NCBI GenBank assembly: GCA_965202585.1
Contig: OZ241829.1
Location: 65,658,001-65,722,000 of the forward strand
DNA from: Thalia democratica
Lineage: Eukaryota
Direction of reading: 5' to 3'
DNA: 64,000 nt
Part shown: one piece after another, positions 49,901 through 63,068 of the stretch
How the letters are laid out: every line of letters starts with the position of its first letter
Position numbering within the stretch: the first letter of the stretch is position 1
The notes under the pieces: model-generated
Seen by the model: the letters and a program-made list of their open reading frames with translations, nothing else
The model's database searches: none
What the model was told of the DNA's origin: nothing
Translations under genes and position numbers: made by a program

Positions 49901-52657
49901 CAATATACGCCTTATTGATAAAAAATTTTCAGGACAATGTAAAGCGTATCAAATAATAACGGATGCTCATTCGTACGATGAGGCAGTTGAAAAGTGCGAC
50001 AATTTGTCTGCAGACCTTCTTGGACCAACCCTTGACGATGTAGATTATGAAAAGTTTGTTTTAAAACACTTTGCTAACCCTACTACTTTTCTAGTTACGT
50101 TTTATAAAAAGAAAAAATTGCATTCAAAACGGTGATTGTTTATTTTCTATAACAACAAAAATGTAAACTTATACAACAGGTATTTGAAGGCTATAACTCA
50201 GCACATGAGTGATGAAAACTTCGAGTACACTTACATCTACGGAAAGCCAGAATTGAGCGACACCTTTTTAAACTGGTGTTCAGGCTTCCCAAAACCTTCC
50301 GCCTCTTCGATCTGCTATTTCATCCGCACAAACGGCTTCTGCGTTGTTAATTTAGACTGTGAAAGCAAACGGCCGATTGTATGCGAAGTTGACCGCTTCG
50401 AGCTTAGGCCAAGAGAAGAGTCAAACTCATACCAGTTTGCCGACGATGCTTGCAGATCGGTAGAAGGTACCCTGATGTCTACGACTTTTTTCATCCCTGC
50501 TTATATGCCGTAAGTACTTTAGAGAAGTTATCTTTGTTTTTCTTGTTATTTGCATTGACAAATTTCGGTACTTGAATAGTAGAAAACGGTGAGTTAAAAC
50601 ATTTTCAAACTGAAATGTTTATTTTTATTAAAGTTCACCTGAGTTGACAAGTCGAGCAAAAATAATAATAAGCCGTATTTTGAAAATAGTTATATGAACA
50701 TCTTTAAAATTTTACCACATTTATAGAGAACAATAATAAAAAACAAGGGTTTATGTTGTCACAAAAACATTTTCTCAGGTCAAAATAGTTTTGCTAAACT
50801 TTTAAAAACTATACAAATAACTAATTTCTGGAGGTAAAATTAAGCACTTAAAATCTACTGTATTATATTATACCCAAATTACAGTCGAATAAAGAAGATC
50901 ATAGACACATTACCAGGAAGTAAGATGTGGACAGGTTTGCAGCGGCCCGGGTCCGATTATTCCGCAAACGACTTCGTCACCCTGCCCGACGGTAAAAGAA
51001 TTCTGATATCTCAAATATCGCAGTTCTGCCGGCGCGAACCCGACAACTTCCAAAGCATTCAGCATTGCGTGGACTACAACCGAGATCGCGGCTGTTTGAG
51101 CGACTTCGGGTGCTACCAATCCTACCAGGCTTCAATCTGCGAAATTGCCGTCTGCTCAGCTCGAGACGCCAAAGTGCCAAATCTTCCTTACACGAGATGC
51201 AGCAGAGGAAGCTGGTACGTTTCAGCTGACAGATCAGAACGACTTGTCTGTTACGCAGGTACAACAACTGTTTCAAATATCGTTTTAGTATTTTTTACTA
51301 TCAATTTTGATTCTTCAGATGTTCAGCATTTGTTTTCAGACTTGTATACTACAGTAGAATTGTTTTAAGACTAAAAAACATGTTACTATGTAAATTTTTC
51401 TATATCGTTTTTCAACTTAATGTTTTTAAATTTCCGTAATTACTTAAATGACAACTTATAATTTTTTATAATTTAGTACTGTTTAGTAAATATATACACG
51501 TTTTCGTAAGTTAATTGGGTTTAAGTAAAGTTAAAAGTTGCTTAAAGCTTTCATGAGTTCATTCATGAGTTTAAAACTTAGAAAATATATTCAAATAGAT
51601 AAGTATTGCTACCTAAGCTAAAATAAAAGTCAAACTGAATTAAGACTCAAGTAACAAATTGTATGAGTTTTGTCTACAATTATTTGTAATTGGACTATAA
51701 ATGCAAAAAAAATAAGTACCGTTTTGAACTAAAATTATAATAACAGTATAATAAGTGTATTTGCCACAAGCTCATATCAAGTGCTTTATATAAGCAGTTA
51801 AAAGCTTATGATAAAAATTACGCACAAATTCTATTCAAAAAAGCCAAGCAAAAACTTTAAGCATGTAGCATTCTGTTTGTACATTTGTAGACAAACTACT
51901 TATCTAAAAAGAGATGAACTGATCCTTCTCTATATACAACTCATCAACGACATTACTTTATAAAACAGGATTTGACATCAAACTGACAACGGAAAAAGGA
52001 AGTTGGGAAGAAACAAGAGACATGTGCGAAGATATGGGAGGTCAACTGGTCCACAACACTTTGAAGAGATACGTTGGAAGACTTCGTACATCGTATAAGG
52101 AGTAAGTAGCTAAAGAATTTACTCAAGTTAAGTTGTGTATTGCTACTGAGCAAGTGTAATGAACAAGTTTTTAAAATTTGGTATTGTCCATTCAAGCTCA
52201 TTAGATTGATTATTTTTATAAATCTTTTGATAAAACGTTTTTTGGACGTGGAATAAAACATGACACTTTAAATTTTTTTTTACCATTTCAAAACCTCATT
52301 GAGCATAAGTTTTTTCTACATTAATAAAATCTTAAATTAAATATTGAAAATAAAAATTTTGAAATTTTTCACTTATTCAGTTTGGTGGAAGAAGCGATTG
52401 ACAGCAACGATGTTTGGATCGGATGCCAGCGGGCCAAGGACAAAACTTTGAACAGCGAGTTCCAACTGTTGAACGGCGAATATTTGTTTGCTTCCCGCGC
52501 AAATCCGTTTGAACAGCTGCTCTACTATTGGTCGGCTTCAGTGCCACGTGACACCGAGCTCGATCAAGCCGTTGTCATAAGGCACGAGAAAAAAGCGCTC
52601 GAAAACTTGCCCAAGTCACAAGAACTTTACGGGCTTTGTGAAATTGGACATTATTGA
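43936..52657 (+). CDS. 5'-truncated copy of the CCP/C-type lectin gene (CCP 15-29 plus 3 CTLDs)
   Basis: The 20 exons match copy 1 with intact frames and AG/GT sites. CCP exons 1-14 are absent upstream. Confidence 0.85.
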
Positions 52658-55600
52658 TTTATTCTGTTTTTATTTTTTCTATAAGTTAGTTTTTTCTATA
52701 AAATTCAAACTTGTATCAAATGATTTCTTCTAATGTGTATAAGATTTAAATTTTAAATTTAGATTTTATAACGATATTTATCGTTTATATTTTGTCTAGT
52801 AGTATGTTTGATATATTAAGATATAGATAATTCAAAAAATTAGAAATATTCTGTTTTATTATATTTCAATTTTATTAAGCTTTGCATTTTGTTAAACTCC
52901 CGAAAATTAAATTTTATTTGTCAAACTTTCAAGTATTGGATTATAACATTTTTATAATTGTGTACTTTGAAAAGTTTCACTTGAAATAAAAGTTGTTTTT
53001 TTACTTCGTTGTTTACTTATTATATTTTAGTTTTAAAGGTTTGATTTATAATACTAAAGTTGTGGAGTGTATAAAGCAAAATTATATTTTTTAAATAATC
53101 ATAAGTATTTCAAGTTTCTAATACAAACTATAAGCAAATATAAGACTTAAAATAGTTTTCTTAAGGACGCTACAGTTTAAAATAAAAAGGACTATTTTTT
53201 ATAATCAAATTTACCCAAGGTAAGTATTAAATTTTAATATATGTTTCTTAACATTTTTAAGCTACTTAAAAATGTAGCAGTAAGTAAAGTTTTTGTCTTA
53301 GAAAAACAAAATAGACCTTGTGAGTAATTTTTGTGATAGTTTGTTTTAACTATGACTTAGCATGTTTAAAAATATCACGAAGCAGCAAATATATATAAAT
53401 GTAATAAATAAAAACATAAAAAATTAATTGATCTTTTAGGTCAAAAAAAAAGCTATGCTGTATTCTTTAGTCTTAATAAAAAGTGTAATATGTAAAAAAG
53501 CGAAAAAAAAAACTTAAGAACTTTTTAAATTGAATAAAAAATAAAAGTTTCTCTAAATTTATTCGAAACGTTTTGAATTTTATAAATAATAGAAGAGTAG
53601 AAAATTAAGTTGACTTTTAAGATCATGAAATTATTTTTTAATGTTTTGATATAATCGAAACAAAAAACTTATTATCTATAAAGCAAAAATAAATGTTTAA
53701 AATGTTTTTTTAACTAAATACGAACCTTAGGCTCAACTCCTTTATATTATCTCAAAAATGTGTTTAATTTTATAAAGAATACCCATGTAATAAAATTAGA
53801 TGGGCTCTTATATACAAACAAATGTAGTTTTTGTTTAATCTTAATAAAAATTATTATACCTATGAAGTTAGATTATAATGTTTTTTATCTAAACTTGTTA
53901 TAAATCATAAGCTCAATTAAATTTTTTTGAAACGTGTTTATTTTTATAAATATAAACAATTAAAAAATAGTTGAACTTTAGGTCACAAAGTTTTTTTTGA
54001 TTACTCTATCTAAAAAAATTTGGTACTGAAAAACCAAGAAGTTTGAGCAAGATCTTGTTTGTTAAAATTGAAAAAAATTATAAGTGTAACAGATTAAATT
54101 AAAACTTAAAAAGTTAAAAAAAAGTTTTCAAAATGCACGAATATCTAAAAGCTTCTCTTTCCCACTATAATAATATTAAAAGTTGTTTATACTCCACCAA
54201 GTCGAAAACTACTTAAATTTGTTATAAAATCATGTAAACTTTTCCTTTTAAAATATAGTTTTACAAAAAAAAAATATTTTTTTATTTTAAGAAAATTAAT
54301 ATATCTTTTAAATATTGAAAAATATAAAATACTCGTAATGACAACATGCAAGAAAAAAAAATAAATAAATTCATCAATTTTGTTGTCTACAAAATGTTGA
54401 ATTGAATTAATAAAATCTTAATTAATTGTTTAAAAAAAGGAAAATTTAAACTTATTAATGAAAATATAAGTAATCAAACTAAATAGTAACGCTAAAAAAA
54501 ATAAGGAATTTTTCTTACCATTACGAAATATACCGATTGAATAAGCAATTAGCAAGGCCTTATAATCGTTCTACATAATGAAAATATGACTAACAATGTT
54601 GTCTGCTGTTTTTTTTTTTACTTTGAAGTATTTCAAACAACTCATATTGATATTATGAATATGCTTGCGGTACGTTGTAAAAAAGTAGAACGAAAAATAT
54701 AAATTTGTAAAATTTTACATCGGAAAGCTACGAGAATTAGAATATGGTGTAAGTCTAGCTTTTAATGATTTAGTTTCTTAAACTTAGATCGTGCATCTTA
54801 GAAAATAATTTAGTTAGTGGAACGTCATATACAATGTTTTTTCTAACAAAAATGCCAGCACGGACCAAAAGTTATTTGATTTTGAAGGAAGAGTACCAGA
54901 ATTAGTTTACTATATCGCCTCAAATCTACTTGAACATAACGTTTTAATAAAAAAAATGTTTTAGATTTAAAACTCTTTATTTCTGGAAATCTAGCAATTC
55001 TGCTGGAAAGAACTATTTAAGCTTCCCGCCAAATTCTTGCGATTCAAAACGAATGTTTACAATCTAAATACTTCAACAAACGACGACACGTATTAAAAAA
55101 AAAGATTACTGAGGATTAACTAAGAAGTTCATTGTAACTTTAATTAAATTCATATACAAACTAGTTTTTAAAAAACGACATTTTATTCTTTCGAAAGATA
55201 AAATAGAAAAACGACTTTTAAGATAGTTATTGAAAAAACTTTGGTCAAAATATATTTATGAGTTATGTGAAAAAACATTTATTTTAAGCTTCTAAGTTTC
55301 GAAAAATAACTGTTACATGTTAATTAATGGTTTCAACTGCTGAGCTGATTTTAGTAACAAGTTTAGTTGGGTTACAAGTTGTTGAATATCTTATAACATT
55401 TTTTGTTTATTATAACGATTATTTTCAGGAAAAAAAAAAACTTTTCATTAGTTTTTATAATTTTACACTTGAAATTTTATGCTTACTTTGCAAATTTTAT
55501 TTTGTAACCCAAGACACATTTTACCCAATGTGATTTTTTCTATAGATAGTACATTATATTCTTTTTAGTTTTTAAAAAACAACAAATTAAAAACTAAAAT

Positions 55601-56070
55601 AAGTGATAGTTATATAAAACTTATAAACTTTTAAGTTTATTGAAAACGACAAAAAAATTGACATTCGGTAATATGGTCAATGGAACTGATTTATGCTTAA
55701 ACCTTTAAAAATATCAAAGAACTAAATTATAAACTCTAAAATTTCTTATACTGTTGATAAATGATTAGAAGAATATCTACACAAGTGACTTGTTGCATTT
55801 GCATAAAAAATCTGAGTAACTTTTTTATTTCTTTTATAACTGTGTTTCTAAAAGTTGGTATAATAGCTTTTAAGAATTTATTTTACTGTATAAGTGCTGG
55901 TTAAATTTTTTTGTTAAACGTGTTTAAAATAGAATTTCTATAACTTTTTTTTCGGGTAAATCTCAACGCTTATAACATAAAAAAAGTATTCAAACTAACA
56001 AAGTCATAAAAATAAGTTCATAAAAAAATAAACACAAAACTGTTAAATATTTTTAACAAAATTTATTTTT

Positions 56071-56886
56071 TCACCATTCCTTTATGTTCTTTTCCGAAGA
56101 AACGAATTCACCGTTCGGGGACTCCACCCCGGCCGGAAGCGTCGCCAGGTAAACCGGGGCTTCGGCGCCCTGATCGGGCGTCCTCGAGGCCTTATCCCCG
56201 CCCAAGTCCGTCTTCACCCACCCGGGGCACACCGCGTTGATTATGACGTCACTACCCTTCAGCTTCCTGGCCCACACGAAGGTGAGCGCGGACATGCCGA
56301 CCTTGGACATTCCGTACGGCTGCTCCACGAACCCGTCCTCCTTGCAAGTCCCCCTCCGGCAGCTCTCGACGAACTCCTCCATCTTCCCCGTCAGCTCCTC
56401 CTCCGTCAGCGTCTCCCTCCTGAAGAACTTTTGGTTCTCCTCGCTCAACTGCTTGAGGTACATGATGCTCAAAGTGCTGGACACGTTGACGATCCTGCCA
56501 CCCTTCCTCACAATAGGAAACAGGATCCTGCTGATGTCGACGGTTCCAGTGTAGTTCGTCCTCACGCAGTCCTCCGCCTTTTTCACGAGCGGCGTCGCGT
56601 CGGTCGACTTGTACGCGATGCCCGCGTTGTTCACGATGACGTCGATGCCCCCGTACTGTGACGTCATCAAGCTTTTGAGCCGCTCGATGCACTTGACGTC
56701 GCAAACGTCCAATTCGTGGAACTGGGGGTAGAGTCCCTCTCTCTCAAGGGTCTTCACCGCCTCCCTGCCGCGCTGCTCGTTCCTGGACAGAATGAAGACG
56801 TCCCCGTCGAACTTCTGGCACAGCCCCCTGACGATGGCGAGCCCGATGCCCTTGTTGGAACCCGTTACTATGGCAACATTTGTCAT
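56071..56886 (-). CDS. CBR1: Carbonyl reductase (CBR1-like), second copy, 271 aa
   Basis: Same motifs as copy 1; differences K3N, S66C, F73L, D93K, E231D, V252A. Confidence 0.93.
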   Translation of the reverse strand: MTNVAIVTGSNKGIGLAIVRGLCQKFDGDVFILSRNEQRGREAVKTLEREGLYPQFHELDVCDVKCIERLKSLMTSQYGGIDVIVNNAGIAYKSTDATPLVKKAEDCVRTNYTGTVDISRILFPIVRKGGRIVNVSSTLSIMYLKQLSEENQKFFRRETLTEEELTGKMEEFVESCRRGTCKEDGFVEQPYGMSKVGMSALTFVWARKLKGSDVIINAVCPGWVKTDLGGDKASRTPDQGAEAPVYLATLPAGVESPNGEFVSSEKNIKEW

Positions 56887-57528
56887 AGTTTTCTCGTGTT
56901 TAAAATTTATCTGTCTTAATTTAAATTTTTTGATATAACATTTATTAATAATAATATTTTCATTTTTTTATCATAGTATGTAATACTAAATACTTAAAAA
57001 AAAAGAAAAGCAAAGTACATGTTAGAAAAATATATTATTTAACATGTTTTACTAACTAGTATGCTAATTAAATGTTTTATACTATTGTTTCAAAAAGGAA
57101 CAAAATTTTCAAAAGTACTGTGAATAGTCAGTTTGACTGTTAAAATATTACATCATATAACTTTTTTATGTAAAGTTACTAATTTTCGCGCAAATGAAAG
57201 TTACTATGAATAAAAATTTGTGCATAAAGCATTGAGTTCAATAAACGTGTAAAGAAGTGTTTATACTTAACACATACTATTTATTTAAATATGTAAAATT
57301 GTGAAATTTATGCTACAACAAAAAAGAGTTGTTTTATTTTTGTATTAAATATAAATATTAAAACAGTTGTAAATAATATTGAGATTCGTTCAGCATAGTT
57401 AGTTTGTTTTCAGGCAAAATTGTAATCTAACTGAATTTGTAAGTAATATATGTATTTAATAAAACTTTTTACGAACCGTCTCAATTTTACACACAAAACA
57501 CTTTGAAAGGTCTTCTGTTTATTTATAT

Positions 57529-57796
57529 TAGTGATGTACCGGACCCACAATTTTGGGTCCGGCCGGACCCGGATCCGGACTTTTTTTTCAAACTTGAATC
57601 CGGCCGGAACCGGATCCGGACTTTTTTTTCAAATTAGAATCCGGTCGGAACCGGATCCGGACTTTTTTTTCAAATCAGAGTCCGGCCGGAACCGGATCCG
57701 GACTTTTTTTTCAAATTAAAATCCGGCCGGATCCGGATATCAGACAAAAATGGCAATATCCGGCCGGACCCGGATAGTGAGTCCGGTACATCACTA
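57529..57796. mobile_element. 268-bp non-autonomous hAT-like element with CCGG-rich internal subrepeats
   Basis: Perfect 16-bp TIR tagtgatgtaccggac/gtccggtacatcacta. About four internal units (atccggccggaaccggatccggacttttttttcaaa). The flanks atttatat and gaataaac are not a TSD. Confidence 0.8.
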
Positions 57797-59066
57797 GAAT
57801 AAACTAGCCTGAGTCAGAATGAGGTTTTTAAAAACTGAAAAAAAAGAACTTTAATCTAATAATAAGTAGAACAGCTAGCCACAAGTTTTACAAATTTAGG
57901 TGTTATTTACAATTAAAAATCTGAAATCAAGTTCTTGAACAAAATACACTAGAAAATTACAAAATATTGAAAACTGGATCAGCTCAAACTCATTCAAAAT
58001 CTAAAAGAAAACTAGCCTGAGTTTTTATAAAAAACTAAACTAGCCTGAGGCAGTTCAAGATTTTCTAAAATTCCCAAAAATTTTCAAACTAGTAGGGTTG
58101 CCACTGTTTAAGTCAATAAAACTAGCTAGAGTGAGTATAAACAAGTCTGAGTCAGAATGAGGTTTTTTAAAAATGAAAAATTACTTTAATCTAATAATCA
58201 GTAGAACAGCTAGCAAAGGTTGACAATTTGGTAGTAAAGTTGTGGACTGATTGTGGTACACTTAACTTATTAGTACTACCCATCATAATTAAATCCTACC
58301 TTATTTAATTAATATCTAACAAATACTAAATTCTAACTGAGACTACTTTATATAATCAGACACGACAGTTTTGAGTGATGAATCTTTTTTATAAAACACA
58401 ACAAGAAATACTAGCATATACAAAATTATTAATTACTTTGGTAACACTTTAAAAACTGGAAGCTATTTAAATCTATATCAAAAGACTTAAAACAATAAAC
58501 TAAAAATTAAATAAAACTTTTAGTAAAGAAGAAACTGTAAAAATTTTAATAAACTGTTAAACTATAAACCTGGCTTATATATTTAAACGATTAAACACCT
58601 GTTGAAATATTCACTTTTAGGACAAAACACTACTTACAATAAGCATTCACAAAAACGTTCAAGATATTCTGTTGCTTCAAGCTACACACCAAACTAACTA
58701 ACTGCTTACATATAAACTGCCTGTCATGTTCTGATGTTTTGTTGCATCAGTATTTAGTTAGAAACATTTCGTCATATGATTCTCATTGGCTCGTACATTC
58801 AACCGTACTAACTCTAAATATTCTCTGAGCTCAACTTTATACAATAAATAATGCAAGAATTCATTCCAAAGTTTTTAATTTTACAACATATTTAAAGAGT
58901 TGCATTTCATGAAATGTTAATGTAAACAAATGTAAATTAGTCACGTGTACAAAATGAGCCAATCACGGTAGGTGTTTAATTTTAACTGACGAAAATGACT
59001 CTTATTAATTTTCACAGGGTTTGTTTTTGAAAAAATACTTTTCAGTATGCTCTTTTTTACTAACTA

Positions 59067-59171
59067 GATCCGGGTCCGGCCGGATCTCTGTTAGGATCCG
59101 GCCGGACCCGGATCCGGACTTTTTTTTCAAATCAGAATCCGGCCGGAACCGGACCCGGACTTTTTTTCAAA
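59067..59171. mobile_element. Internal fragment of the same CCGG-rich element
   Basis: Same atccggccgga(a/c)ccgga(t/c)ccggactttttttcaaa units, no TIR. Confidence 0.7.
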
Positions 59172-59322
59172 TATATTGTTCAATATAATATTGTTTGTTT
59201 TCATTTATAAATTATAGTTATAGTTGTTAAAATTAGTTGTATTTTAATATTTAAGCATACATTTCAATGTAATTCAGTATAATACAAGTCAAAAGGTAAA
59301 ATACATTTTAAAGTAAAGTTTT

Positions 59323-60554
59323 TTACCATTATTACGTCATTAAATTATTTGGAATGAAGCAGGACCTGACCACAAGGATAGCCTAAACCAGAGGTCGCAG
59401 TGAAATTAAACAAAAACGTTGTCCACACTTAATTAGAAAATAAAAAACAAAAATGGGATAAAATATACTATGATAAAGCACTCGTAAATAGTTTTATTAT
59501 CAACATTCAAGTTCTTTTGTTTTAAAGTAGTGCTTAATGTTATCCGCCATTGAAACTGTCGCTCTACAAACGAAATTTGATTAAATGTTTAGTTATACAT
59601 AAAAGTTAAGTGAGCTATCAATTAATTAGCCTCACGTGCAAATCTGATGATACTCCTTTAACTTAATAGCTTAATACTCAAAAAAAAATTAAAAACCGCA
59701 GTCATATCATTCCAGGGCAAAACTAGTTTTTTACCATTATTACGTCATTAAATTATTTGGAATGAAGCAGGACTGGACCACAAGGATAGCCTAAACCAGA
59801 GGTCGCAGTGAAATTAAAAAAAAAACGTTGTCCACACTTAATTAAAAAATTATAAAAACAAAAATGGGATAAAATATACTATGATAAAGCACTCGTAAAT
59901 AGTTTTATTATGAACATTCAAGTTCTTTTGTTTTAAAGTAGTGCTTAATGTTATCTGCTATTGAAACTTTCGCTCTACAAACGAAATTTGATTAAATATT
60001 TAGTTATACATAAAAGTTAAGTGAGCTATCAATTAATTACCATCGTGCAAATCTGATGATACTCCTTTAACTTAATAGCTTAATACTCAATAAAAATTAA
60101 AAACCGCAGTCATATCATTCCAGGGCAAAACTAGTTTTTTACCATTATTACGTCATTAAATTATTTGGAATGAAGCAGGACCGTACCACAATGGTAGCCT
60201 AAACCAGAGGTCGCAGTGAAATTAAAAAAAAACGTTGTCGCGGTCCACACTAAATTAAAAAATTTAAAAAACAAAAATGGGATAAAATATTCTATGATAA
60301 AGCACTCGTAAATAGTTTTATTATGAACATTCAAGTTCTTTTATTTAAAGTAGTGCTTAATGTTATCCGCCATTGAAACTGTCGCTCTACAAACGAAATT
60401 TGATTAAATGTTTAGTTATACATAAAAGTTAAGTGAGCTATCAATTAATTAGCTTCACATGGCGTCAGGTACAAATATGTTGATACTCCTTAAACTTAAT
60501 TCCTTAATACTCAATAAAAATTAAAAACCGCAGTCATATTATTCCAGGGCAAAA
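59323..60554. repeat. Tandem repeat of about 410 bp, 3 units
   Basis: Units start at 59323, 59731 and 60139. Confidence 0.9.
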
Positions 60555-61647
60555 TTATGAGTTAACAGTAGCTTTAAAAGGTCCTTACAGTTCAAAAGAA
60601 AAACTTATGGAGTATTTGTTACATGTCGTTTTGTTGTAGTAGAAAAACGTAAAAGTTTAAATTACTGTGTACATCATATACACAACTGAATATTTATTTA
60701 TATTATTTCGAACATAACCTTTAGAGTTGTACAACTTAGTACTGTTGACTAAAAAGTTTATTTAAGCTTTTTATTTTATAGGTGTTTCGTACTTTTATAA
60801 ACTAAAAATACATACTCAGCTTGAATATATTTAATTATATCATTAATTGTTTAAAAACACAGTAGTAACAAAATTAAAGTTTGCTTTACAGTGTTAAGCT
60901 TATTAACTGTACCACAAATTTATAGTAATTTATTTTTTGATACGCAAAGTTTATGGTAATTTTTAGCTTTGATGATGTTGTTAAAAATAGTTTTTTGTTG
61001 AGAGTTACTTTTATTATTTACTTTAAACTTAGAGATTAAAACAAATACAATAATCAAACTTACTATCGAATTTGTAACAACTCAATGAGTAAAAAATGTA
61101 TTATGTTTATAAAGTTTTCAAAATAGTATAGTTATTAATGAAACTTTAAGTACTTGCTATTCTTTAAAATAAAATATTAAAGTCAAAAACAAAAATAGTG
61201 TTGAAGTAAACTTATAAACTGCAGTAATTGTTATAAACGAAATTACAAAATGTTAAAAGTTAAATGTTATTAAACTTGTATTAATACTTGATCTTTGAAA
61301 AATAATAGTTTATCTTAACTTAGATTTAAAAGTTGCGCAATATTTATATTCTATACAACATTAATTAAACAATTTAAAATTTGAGTTTTTATTCTACACA
61401 GTGTTTAATGCGTAATGCAATGATCACGAACTAAAAACTGTTTAAAGTAAGACTGACAAAGCTATATATACTAAATTATATAAGTCTGTTAAATTGACAA
61501 AAATTTCAAAGTCTTAGTAACGAATTAAATAACTACTATAGAGCTATCATTTAAGTTATTATGAGTGTTAAATTAATTTTTTATACAAAAAACTTATTGG
61601 ATACAGCTTACAATGAAATAAAAATATAAAATACCAATACGATAGAA

Positions 61648-63068
61648 ACACAAGCATAAATGCAAAAAACTTAGAAAATGGTAAAATATGCAATTACGGA
61701 CACGAAAATGTTATGATTTTAGATATTTAGCGAAGTATCTACATTTACCAATTAACTCAGTTCTGGAGTTGAGAAAGGAGTTTTTGTCAGCGATCGCTAT
61801 TTCCAATTTTTCAATATTACACAGAGTGCATATTCTGCTCGGTTTGCGTTGATTAATTTTATGCATTATCTTCCATTTAACACTGTTCTTAATCATATCT
61901 TCATTGAACTTAGCGGCGTGAAAAAATGAGCTGAATTCTGTGGTTTCTTTCAGATTTTAATTTCTGCAGCTATGTATATTTTCGTTGTATCTTGTTTTAA
62001 AGTTTTTTGCAGTGTATCCAAAATAAAGCTGTTCTTTGTTATTATATGTGACAGTAGCTTTGTATATGACACGTCTGGAAAGGCATTTACCTTCCACTGG
62101 GCATGAGATTCTAATTCTACAATTGAAACTTGTTTCATTTTTCTTTTTGTTTTTACTTTCCTCTATGATTTTAGACTTGATTTGCTGATTTCGGATTCTA
62201 TGTTGGGCATACATGAATTACTTATTTTGATTGCCTCTCTGTTGAGAATTTTATATATATTTGTTTTTAGGGAAATGCTTATCTACTGATTTAAATTTTT
62301 TTTCCCTATTTTGGTCTTTAATGTTGCTCTAAAAGGAAGGTTGTAGTATAACACTTGTTTTTTTTTCTTTTTCTATCGCCCCTACCATCATTTTGATTTG
62401 AGTATTCTAAAACTTTATTAAAACCACTGTTTTTTAACGCTTTCTCGTATGATTTCTTGTAATTATCAGACATAGTCTTGTTTTTTGATAAATCAAATAG
62501 TATATTTTGTTTCATATTAGGTGGCTCTCTTTTGACGCTTGGTTAGATTTTATATTTATGTTTTTTTTCTTTAGCGTTTGGTTTTCTGTGGGGATGATAT
62601 ATCATTCTGTAGATCAAGTAATACATCCAGGAAGTCTATGTTACTGCTGTCTAATTCGATCTTATTTTTTAAGTTTTAATCATAGAAAACCGCTCTAATT
62701 TCTTTTCTTGTCTTTTCTATGACTCTTTTTGATCGCTTTTTTAATTATAGAAATTCCATCATCGCGCTACTACTCGAAGTTATCTTTAGATAAAAATTAG
62801 TTTAGGTTATTCAATAGGAACAAAACGGTTAACTTGCAAACTTCAGCGCCATGGTAGCTTCCCATCGGAACGTCAAATAGGTCGTCTTTTGCATTCTTTT
62901 TGATCCAAACTTCGTTGACATGTCTGAGAACTGTCTTGCACGAGTGTAGTATAGTATATATGTCTGAGTTTGTTATTTTCATATATTTTTTTGCAAGTTC
63001 GATCGATTTTTTTAGTAACAGATTTTTCGAGATACTTGGGTAGGATTCTTCAATATTAAATTTTATAA
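61648..63068 (-). mobile_element. Second copy of the decayed Penelope-like retroelement
   Basis: Near-identical to 39180-40600, with the same RT and GIY-YIG motif remnants. Confidence 0.85.

Noticed and set aside
57531-57719. 62-aa repetitive ORF (RIRTFFSN...)
   Set aside because: Translation of the MITE's internal subrepeats.
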